Translations under genes and position numbers: made by a program
Notes under the pieces: generated by a model
What the model saw: only the letters and a program-made list of their open reading frames with translations
The model's database searches: none
Told to the model about the DNA's origin: nothing
Origin: an uncultured Clostridia bacterium
Lineage (GTDB): Bacteria; Bacillota; Clostridia; Christensenellales; CAG-917
Reading direction: 5' to 3'
Assembly: GCA_947625225.1 (NCBI GenBank)
Contig: CANQNQ010000005.1
Coordinates: 28,712 to 92,711, forward strand
Length of the DNA: 64,000 nucleotides
In this document: positions 53,587 to 62,040 of the stretch, piece by piece
Numbering within the stretch: the stretch's first letter is position 1
How the letters are laid out: each line of letters opens with the position of its first letter

Positions 53587-53624
53587 TAAGACGCGGCGTA
53601 GATACGTCGCGTCTTACATTTTGT
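53587..53624 (+). terminator. Terminator hairpin between the XRE gene and groEL
   Basis: TAAGACGCG (53587-53595) pairs with CGCGTCTTA (53608-53616), followed by CATTTTG. Confidence 0.6.
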
Positions 53625-53643
53625 CGATATGAGGTGGAAAAAA

Positions 53644-55284
<1,641 letters not shown>

Positions 55285-55575
55285 TTACTCCACTATTGCC
55301 AGGATGTCCGCCTGACGCACTATCACGACTTCCTCTCCGTCGACTTTGAATTCGCTGCCGGCATACTTGCTGTAAAGCACTGTGTCGCCGACCTTGACTT
55401 GCATTACCACGTTTTTGTCGGAGCCGTCCGGGCTGCCGCCGGGGCCTACCGCCAGAACCTTGGCGAGAAGGGGCTTTTCTTTGGCAGTTCCGGGAAGGAC
55501 GATGCCGCTTGCGGTCTTTTCATCGGCTTGGATCGCCTTGATGACGACCTTGTCAAATAAGGGTTTGATTGTCAT
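55285..55575 (-). CDS. groS: Co-chaperonin GroES
   Basis: MTIKPLFDKVVIKAIQADEKTASGIVLPGTAKEKP.. with a GGAGG SD. Confidence 0.97.
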   Translation of the reverse strand: MTIKPLFDKVVIKAIQADEKTASGIVLPGTAKEKPLLAKVLAVGPGGSPDGSDKNVVMQVKVGDTVLYSKYAGSEFKVDGEEVVIVRQADILAIVE

Positions 55576-55600
55576 ATTTATGCCTCCATATAGTTTGCTT

Positions 55601-55627
55601 TTGGCACTCTTGGTGCTTGACTGCTAA
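55601..55627 (-). promoter_or_regulatory. CIRCE-like HrcA operator
   Basis: The minus strand reads TTAGCAGTC-AAGCACCAA-GAGTGCCAA, against the consensus TTAGCACTC-N9-GAGTGCTAA. There is one mismatch per arm. It lies directly downstream of the -10 box. Confidence 0.75.
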
Positions 55628-55628
55628 C

Positions 55629-55657
55629 AGTATATTGCTTTATCTGCCAAATGTCAA
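55629..55657 (-). promoter_or_regulatory. Putative groES-groEL promoter
   Basis: The minus strand reads TTGACA (55657-55652), a 17-nt spacer, then TATACT (55634-55629). Confidence 0.65.
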
Positions 55658-55797
55658 TATTTTATGCAAGTTTTTTTTGAAAATTTTGCCGACAATTTTG
55701 CGGTCGCTGTTGAATATTGCGCTTATTTGTGTTAACATAGCTGTATCGGTACAAAAAATATTCGGTTTTGCGCGCACGCGCATAAGGAAGGCACAAT

Positions 55798-56247
55798 ATG
55801 GACAAGTGGGACAAAAGGTTTATGGAAATGGCGGAGTTTGTGTCCGGTTGGACAAGCTGCGCACGCGAGGGTCGCGCTATAGGCGCGCTTATCGTCAAGG
55901 ACAAGCGCATCATGACCACGGGCTACAACGGCGCCCCTGCGGGGATAAGGACCTGCCGTGACAAGGGTTACTGCATGCGCGACAAACTTGGCATAAAAAG
56001 CGGCACTTGCGCCGAAAAATGCTACGCCGTACACGCGGAGCAAAACGCCATATGTCAGGCGGCGAAGCTGGGCATATCCGTTGAGGGCGCGACGCTGTAC
56101 TGCACCCATCAGCCCTGCACCATCTGCACCCGCCTTATCATCAACAGCGGCATAAAGCGCGTGGTGTACAAGTATCCCTATCCCGACGACTTCTCCATGG
56201 AGCTGTTTGAGGAAGCGGGAATCGCCGTAGAAAAGTACGAGGAGTGA
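55798..56247 (+). CDS. Deoxycytidylate (dCMP) deaminase, ComEB-like
   Basis: Zinc motifs VHAEQNA and PCTICTRL. 149 aa with an AAGGAAGG SD. Confidence 0.88.
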   Translation: MDKWDKRFMEMAEFVSGWTSCAREGRAIGALIVKDKRIMTTGYNGAPAGIRTCRDKGYCMRDKLGIKSGTCAEKCYAVHAEQNAICQAAKLGISVEGATLYCTHQPCTICTRLIINSGIKRVVYKYPYPDDFSMELFEEAGIAVEKYEE

Positions 56248-56269
56248 CAAGTCTTTTGAATATAGCTAC

Positions 56270-56296
56270 GAATGGCGCTAAGCCATTCTTTTTTTA
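56270..56296 (+). terminator. Intrinsic terminator after the dCMP deaminase gene
   Basis: GAATGGC-GCTAA-GCCATTC followed by T7. Confidence 0.8.
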
Positions 56297-56378
56297 TATA
56301 AAAATGCCCTTTGCAAAGCACATTTTTTGAGGCGCGGCGATTTATTTTTACAAATTCCGCCAAAAGTGATGTAAACGG

Positions 56379-56408
56379 TTGACACGCGCGCATATAGGCG
56401 TATATAAT
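56379..56408 (+). promoter_or_regulatory. Strong putative promoter upstream of the XRE-cupin regulator / pot cluster
   Basis: TTGACA (56379-56384), an 18-nt spacer, then TATAAT (56403-56408). An untranslated region of about 165 nt follows. Confidence 0.6.
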
Positions 56409-56484
56409 GCATACATTGCGTGTGTTTAGTTTTGCTAAACTTTTTGATTAAAATTGCAAAACCCACTAAACGCGAGGTCAATTT

Positions 56485-56512
56485 TGCCTAAACCCCCGCA
56501 AAAGTTTAGGCA
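56485..56512 (+). promoter_or_regulatory. Perfect 9-bp inverted repeat TGCCTAAAC-N10-GTTTAGGCA in the leader (operator or RNA hairpin)
   Basis: Read directly from the sequence. It shares the hexamer CTAAAC/GTTTAG with a second inverted repeat at 56424-56440 and a single copy at 56466-56471. Confidence 0.45.
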
Positions 56513-56575
56513 CAGTAAACAAAAAATACAGTATGTGTTGCAAATGCAAAAAACTACGACCATAAAAGGTGATGT

Positions 56576-57109
56576 ATGGAACTTGGTATCAAAATCAAAC
56601 GCTTGCGCCTTAAAAACAACCTGACGCAAGAAGAGCTTGCCGACAGGTGCGAACTGACAAAGGGCTACATCTCCCAGCTTGAAAACGAGCTGACCTCCCC
56701 GTCCATCGCTACGCTGGAGGACATCCTCAACGCGCTTGGCACCACTCCGGCGGAGTTTTTCAGCGACGAAAAATCGGAGAAGGTAGTATTTACAGAGGCG
56801 GAATTCATTGAAAAGATAGCCGACGGGCACAAGGTGGAATGGCTTGTCCCCAACGCGCAGAAAAACGAGATGGAACCCATCCGCGTGACCATCGAGCCGC
56901 ACCGCTCGCTTGAGGACGATATGCCTCACGAGGGCGAGGAATTTGGCTACGTGCTTAAAGGCAGCGTGTGGCTGCACATAGGCAAAGCGGCGTACTGCGT
57001 AAAGAAGGGCGAGGTGTTTTACTTCGCGTCAGAAAAGATGCACCGTATCGAAAACCGCACGGCGGAAAGCGTGGTGTTGCTGTGGGTGGCGTCCCCTCCC
57101 ACCTTTTGA
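56576..57109 (+). CDS. XRE-family HTH plus cupin-domain transcriptional regulator (PuuR-like architecture)
   Basis: The N-terminal HTH reads LTQEELADRCELTKGYISQLE. The C-terminal cupin reads GEEFGYVLKGSVWLHIG..YFASEKMHRIEN. AAGGTGA SD. It lies directly upstream of potABCD. Confidence 0.85.
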   Translation: MELGIKIKRLRLKNNLTQEELADRCELTKGYISQLENELTSPSIATLEDILNALGTTPAEFFSDEKSEKVVFTEAEFIEKIADGHKVEWLVPNAQKNEMEPIRVTIEPHRSLEDDMPHEGEEFGYVLKGSVWLHIGKAAYCVKKGEVFYFASEKMHRIENRTAESVVLLWVASPPTF

Positions 57110-57225
57110 CATACATGGGCGCGATTTGAGCGCGTAAATATATAAAAAACACAATACAGGTCGCAAAAACGCGGCATAGGCGCAAAGGACAAACAAAATT
57201 TTAAGAGGGCTTAAAGAGGGACAAA

Positions 57226-58857
57226 ATGGTACAGCAAAATCCTGTGGACAACATCATCGAGCTTCGCAACGTTTTTAAGACGTACGACGGCAAACACGCC
57301 GTAAAAAACGCCAGCCTCACCATTAAGAGGGGCGAGTTTGTGACCCTGTTGGGTCCCAGCGGTTGCGGCAAGACTACCACTTTGCGCATGATAGCGGGCT
57401 TTGAGATGCCCACCAGCGGAAAGATAATTTTCAACGGCAAGGATATCACGGACGTGCCGCCGCATCTGCGCCCCGTAAACACGGTATTCCAAAAATACGC
57501 GCTGTTCCCCCACCTGAACGTGTTCAACAACATAGCGTTCGGGCTCAAGCTGAAGGTGATACCCAACGGCACCAAGGTCAATCGCAAGGGCGAGACCGTG
57601 CAGGTGTTCAGGAAGTACACCAAGGCGGAGATAAAGGAAAAGGTGGACAACGCGCTGAAGATGGTGGACCTTGAAGACTACGGCCACCGCAACGTGTCCT
57701 CACTGTCCGGCGGACAACAGCAACGCGTGGCGATCGCCCGCGCGCTTGTCAACGAGCCGGAAGTGCTGCTGCTTGACGAACCTCTTGGCGCGCTGGACCT
57801 TAAGATGCGCAAGGACATGCAGCTGGAGCTGATGGATATGCACAAGCGCCTTGGCATCACTTTCATCTACGTCACCCACGATCAGGAGGAGGCGCTGACC
57901 ATGTCGGACAAGATAGTTGTCATGCGCATGGGCGAGATACAGCAGATCGCCTCCCCCGAAAAGGTTTACGACGAGCCCGCCAACGCGTTTGTCGCGGACT
58001 TCATAGGCGAAAGCACCATACTTTCGGGCACGATGATAGAGGACTTCAAGGTGGAATTTTGCGACACCGTGTTCGAGTGCGTGGACAAGGGATTCAAGCC
58101 CAACGAGCCCATCGACGTCATCATACGTCCCGAGGACCTCAAGATATACCCCGCCGACGACCCCGGATCCATCGTCAAGGCGACCGTTCAGTCCTCGGTG
58201 TTCAAGGGCGACCACTACCAGATAACGCTGATCGCCAACGACAACGAGCTTGTCGCGCACGACACCGCCACATATTCCGTAGGCGAGACCGTGGGGCTGT
58301 ACATCAAGCCATTCGACCTGCACATAATGCACAAGACGAGGATAATCAACGAAATCGCCACCTACATCACGGGCGAAAATCTCGTGGAGATATGCGGCGC
58401 GGACTTCGAATGCGTCACCGACCTGCCCGTGGGCACCCCCGTCACCGTCAAGGTGGACTTTGACGACGTGGAGATCACCGACGACGCCGACGACGGCACC
58501 ATAGCCGCGACGGTGCTCTCCTCCATATACAAGGGCAGCTACTATCAGGCAATACTGACCACCGACGACCACTACAACTTCTTTGCGGACACCGACGACG
58601 ATTGGCTGAAGGGCGATCGCGTGGGCATAAAGATAGCTCCCGAAAAGATATTGATAGAACAGCGCGACGAGTCTCAAAAGGAAGCGGAACATACCGTCGT
58701 GGACGAAACGCTGACTCAGGCGGAGCGCGAAGCCATCGCAAAGGAGATGCTCATCGAGCCCGAAAAGTTTGACTCCGAAGCGGAGCTGATCGCCGAATTT
58801 GAGGCAAAAGAGGCACCTGTATTGCAAAATTCGACTGACGAGGAGGGCGCAGAGTGA
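57226..58857 (+). CDS. potA: Spermidine/putrescine ABC transporter ATPase PotA with duplicated TOBE-like C-terminal domain and acidic tail
   Basis: Walker A GPSGCGKTT, signature LSGGQQQRVAIARAL and Walker B LLLDEPL. The product is 543 aa, against about 370-385 aa for typical PotA as I recall. Confidence 0.9.
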   Translation: MVQQNPVDNIIELRNVFKTYDGKHAVKNASLTIKRGEFVTLLGPSGCGKTTTLRMIAGFEMPTSGKIIFNGKDITDVPPHLRPVNTVFQKYALFPHLNVFNNIAFGLKLKVIPNGTKVNRKGETVQVFRKYTKAEIKEKVDNALKMVDLEDYGHRNVSSLSGGQQQRVAIARALVNEPEVLLLDEPLGALDLKMRKDMQLELMDMHKRLGITFIYVTHDQEEALTMSDKIVVMRMGEIQQIASPEKVYDEPANAFVADFIGESTILSGTMIEDFKVEFCDTVFECVDKGFKPNEPIDVIIRPEDLKIYPADDPGSIVKATVQSSVFKGDHYQITLIANDNELVAHDTATYSVGETVGLYIKPFDLHIMHKTRIINEIATYITGENLVEICGADFECVTDLPVGTPVTVKVDFDDVEITDDADDGTIAATVLSSIYKGSYYQAILTTDDHYNFFADTDDDWLKGDRVGIKIAPEKILIEQRDESQKEAEHTVVDETLTQAEREAIAKEMLIEPEKFDSEAELIAEFEAKEAPVLQNSTDEEGAE

Positions 58858-59654
58858 AAGAAAGCATCCGCAAAAAGTTCAGATTGACAAAAAAGGCGTT
58901 CAGCGTGCCATACATACTGTTTTTGCTGCTGTTTGTGGTGGTGCCGCTGGTGCTGATACTTGTCAACGCGTTTCTGGACAGCGACAACAATCTGACGTTT
59001 GAAAACTTCAAGACGTTTTTCACCTCGTCGTCCAGCCTCATAGTGCTTGGCAACTCGCTGTTGGTGGGCGTCATAACCACGGTGATATGCCTGCTTATAG
59101 GATACCCCGTGGCGTACATCCTCTCGAAGATGAGCAGCGGCAAGATACTTGTGCTGCTGTACGTGCTGCCGATGTTTATCAACTTCCTCATCCGCACGCT
59201 TGCGACAAAGGCGATCTTCATCGCGATGGGCGTGGAGCTTGGGATGGGCACGGTGCTGTTCGGCATGGTGTACAACTATCTGCCCTTTATGATCATGCCA
59301 CTGCACACGACAATAAGCAGCATTGACAAAAGCTATATCGAGGCGGCGCAGGACCTCGGCGCGGACAGGGCGACCGTGTTTTTGAAGACTACCCTGCCGC
59401 TGAGCGTAAGCGGCATAATGAGCGGCATCACAATGGTGTTTATCCCCACCATCTCCACCTACGCCATATCACAACTGCTGTCCAACGGCAAGATATTCCT
59501 GTTTGGCGACTCCATACAGCTCAGCTTTGAGCAGGGGCTGTACGGCGTCGGCTCCATAATGAGCCTGGTGATGCTGGCGTTTGTGCTGATATCCAACCTT
59601 ATAATGAACAAATTCAACAAAAACGGCGACGCCGTGAGGAGGTCGTTATGGTAA
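58854..59654 (+). CDS. potB: Spermidine/putrescine ABC transporter permease PotB
   Basis: The GTG start overlaps the potA stop and has GGAGGG upstream. EAA loop IEAAQDLGADRATVFLKTTLP. Confidence 0.88.
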   Translation: MKESIRKKFRLTKKAFSVPYILFLLLFVVVPLVLILVNAFLDSDNNLTFENFKTFFTSSSSLIVLGNSLLVGVITTVICLLIGYPVAYILSKMSSGKILVLLYVLPMFINFLIRTLATKAIFIAMGVELGMGTVLFGMVYNYLPFMIMPLHTTISSIDKSYIEAAQDLGADRATVFLKTTLPLSVSGIMSGITMVFIPTISTYAISQLLSNGKIFLFGDSIQLSFEQGLYGVGSIMSLVMLAFVLISNLIMNKFNKNGDAVRRSLW

Positions 59655-60472
59655 AAAAGATAAAGGGATTTCTTGAAAAATCATATCTGTTTATAATACT
59701 TGCCATACTGTACGCTCCGATAATACTGTTGGTGATATACTCATTCTCCAACAGCTCCAACTTCAACTTCGATCAGGGCTTCAACTTCGATGCGTATGTC
59801 GCCATCTTCAAGTCCGAAAAGTCCCCGGAGCTGTGGTCGGCGATAGGCAACACCTTTCTCATTGCGTCCGTCGCGTCGGTGGTGGCCACCTTGATGGGCA
59901 CGTTCGCGTCAATAGGCATCTTCAATCTGGGCAGGCGCTCAAGAAAGATAGTGGAAAACGTCAACCAATTCCCCATCATCAACAGCGAAATTGTCATGGC
60001 GGTGTCGCTGATGGTGTTCTTTGTGACGTTCGCCTTCCCGGAGGGCTATCTGAGGCTTATAATCGCGCACATCGCGTTCTGCACTCCTTACGTGGTGCTC
60101 AGCGTACTGCCAAAGCTGGAGTCGATGGACCCCAACGTCTACGAGGCGGCGCTGGATCTGGGCGCAAACCCATTCACCGCGCTGGTTAAGGTGATGATCC
60201 CCATCATCTCCCCCGGCATATTCAGCGGATTTGTTATGGCGTTTATCATGTCCATGGACGATTTCATCATCACGCAGATCAACAAGGGCGCGGCAACGGG
60301 CATCAACACGCTGAGCACGTACATATATTCGGACGCGCGCGTGCAGGGCCTCGAACCGTTCTGGTACGCGATATTCAGCATAATCCTTGTCATAGTGCTT
60401 GCGGCGGTGCTGTCCGTCAACCTGGTAAAGATATCCAAGCAGAAGAAAAAGGCAAAGGAGGCAAATGCGTAA
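59648..60472 (+). CDS. potC: Spermidine/putrescine ABC transporter permease PotC
   Basis: AGGAGG SD. EAA loop YEAALDLGANPFTALVKVMIP. Confidence 0.88.
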   Translation: MVKKIKGFLEKSYLFIILAILYAPIILLVIYSFSNSSNFNFDQGFNFDAYVAIFKSEKSPELWSAIGNTFLIASVASVVATLMGTFASIGIFNLGRRSRKIVENVNQFPIINSEIVMAVSLMVFFVTFAFPEGYLRLIIAHIAFCTPYVVLSVLPKLESMDPNVYEAALDLGANPFTALVKVMIPIISPGIFSGFVMAFIMSMDDFIITQINKGAATGINTLSTYIYSDARVQGLEPFWYAIFSIILVIVLAAVLSVNLVKISKQKKKAKEANA

Positions 60473-61970
60473 AATGAGCAAAATGAAGAGATGTATTGTG
60501 TTATTTGCGCTTTGCGCGCTGCTTGCGCTGTCCCTTGTGCCGATGCTGGCAGCCTGCAACGACTCATCTTCCACCGAGGGCGGCTCGGGCAGGAACGTGC
60601 TTAAAGTGTACAATTGGGAGGACTACATCGACCCCGGCGACAGCGAAGCCGGCAGAGACAGCATGATCAACGACTTCAAAAAATACTATAAGCAAGTCAC
60701 GGGTCAGGACATAGACGTGGTCTACACCACCTTCGACACCAACGAAACCATGATGACAAAGGTGCTCAAAAACGACGCCAACGTCGACCTCATCTGCCCC
60801 TCTGAGTACGCCATAGAAAAGCTGCTGACAGCGGGCAAGCTGGCAAGCCAGAAGGAGATATATCAAGAGTTGAAACCCACGCTTGACGCAAAGGGTATAC
60901 AGCTTGAAGGCATGAGCAGCATAGGCAACGGCTACGGCATGATAGAGCCCGCCGTGATGGACGTCATCACCAATATGTTCAGCTCCGTCGTCGCCTCCGA
61001 CGGCAAGACTTACGACATGACGGAGTACATGGTGCCCTATATGTGGGGCACGCTGGGCATCCTGTACAACAAAAACATAATAAGTCAGGAGGAACTGGAC
61101 AAGTACGGCTGGGGCGTGCTGTGGAACATAGAAAACAACGAAAAACTTGAAAACAAGATACTTATGAAGGACAGCGTGCGCGACACGTACGCCGCCGCAC
61201 TGTTTTATATGTACGAATATAACCTGCTGCCCCAAAAGTACGGCGATATACAAAACGCGCAGGACCTTATCAACATAACCGACGACGAGATGCTTGCCGC
61301 AGCGGAAGCTGTGCTCACGGAGCAGCGCGAACACATATCCGGCTATGAAGTGGACTTCGGCAAGGACGATATGATAAACGAGATAGTCTACGCCGACTTC
61401 GCCTGGAGCGGCGACGCGCTGTGGGCGGTGGAGGAAAGCTACGATGAGGAGAGCGAGTACGACGACGGCTGCTTCCTGGGCTACTACTGCCCCACCGGGA
61501 CAAACCCCACCACGGGCAAGGAGCGCTTCAGCAACATCTGGTACGACGGCTGGGTGATCCCAAAATCCGTCAGCAATAAACTTGCCGCGATGCTGTTCAT
61601 CGACTTCATGTGCCGCCCAGAAAACGCCATACGCAACTCGGTCGCGATAGGTTACACCTGCGCGGCGGACAGGGCGCTGCTTGAGGAAAGCGAGGACGTC
61701 TGCGCATTTTTGGAAGATCAGGAATATGACATCGAGGAGTACTTTGGCGACATAGGCAGATACCCCGAGATAAATCAGGCGTTGGGCGTCATGCGCGACT
61801 TCGGCGCTAGGAACGAACACCTTGTGGACATGTGGCAGCGCGCCAAGGCAGGCAGCGGCGTGGACAACAGTCTGTGGATAGTGCTGGCGGTGCTTGTAGG
61901 CGGCGTGGGCATTGCGATAGGCGTGTACTTCGCGTGCCAGGCGGCAAAGTTGCGTCCCAAAAAGATATGA
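60465..61970 (+). CDS. potD: Polyamine-type ABC substrate-binding lipoprotein (PotD-like) with an extra C-terminal TM helix
   Basis: AAGGAGG SD. Lipobox MLAAC. VLKVYNWEDYI is a typical PotD N-terminus. The C-terminus LWIVLAVLVGGVGIAIGVYFAC is followed by KLRPKKI. 501 aa. Confidence 0.82.
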   Translation: MRKMSKMKRCIVLFALCALLALSLVPMLAACNDSSSTEGGSGRNVLKVYNWEDYIDPGDSEAGRDSMINDFKKYYKQVTGQDIDVVYTTFDTNETMMTKVLKNDANVDLICPSEYAIEKLLTAGKLASQKEIYQELKPTLDAKGIQLEGMSSIGNGYGMIEPAVMDVITNMFSSVVASDGKTYDMTEYMVPYMWGTLGILYNKNIISQEELDKYGWGVLWNIENNEKLENKILMKDSVRDTYAAALFYMYEYNLLPQKYGDIQNAQDLINITDDEMLAAAEAVLTEQREHISGYEVDFGKDDMINEIVYADFAWSGDALWAVEESYDEESEYDDGCFLGYYCPTGTNPTTGKERFSNIWYDGWVIPKSVSNKLAAMLFIDFMCRPENAIRNSVAIGYTCAADRALLEESEDVCAFLEDQEYDIEEYFGDIGRYPEINQALGVMRDFGARNEHLVDMWQRAKAGSGVDNSLWIVLAVLVGGVGIAIGVYFACQAAKLRPKKI

Positions 61971-61985
61971 CGACATTTGACCCAC

Positions 61986-62016
61986 AAAAAAAACGCGGTA
62001 CGCACCGCGTTTTTTG
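61986..62016. terminator. Bidirectional terminator between potD and the FtsX-like permease gene
   Basis: A8-ACGCGGT-ACGC-ACCGCGT-T5. Confidence 0.8.
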
Positions 62017-62040
62017 ATACCATATGGCAATTTTGCCACC

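Noticed and set aside
60564-62039. 491-aa ORF on the minus strand; similar cases are 57700-58827, 39219-40424, 41358-42377, 43120-44016, 44149-45156, 48287-49306, 9707-10693, 12690-13814, 54697-55560 and 53629-54375
   Set aside because: All are mirror-frame ORFs of confidently identified genes: potD, potA, thrS, pncB, lgt, galK, dnaX, era, phoH and groEL. They are Arg/His/Val-rich, lack an SD and have no family motifs.
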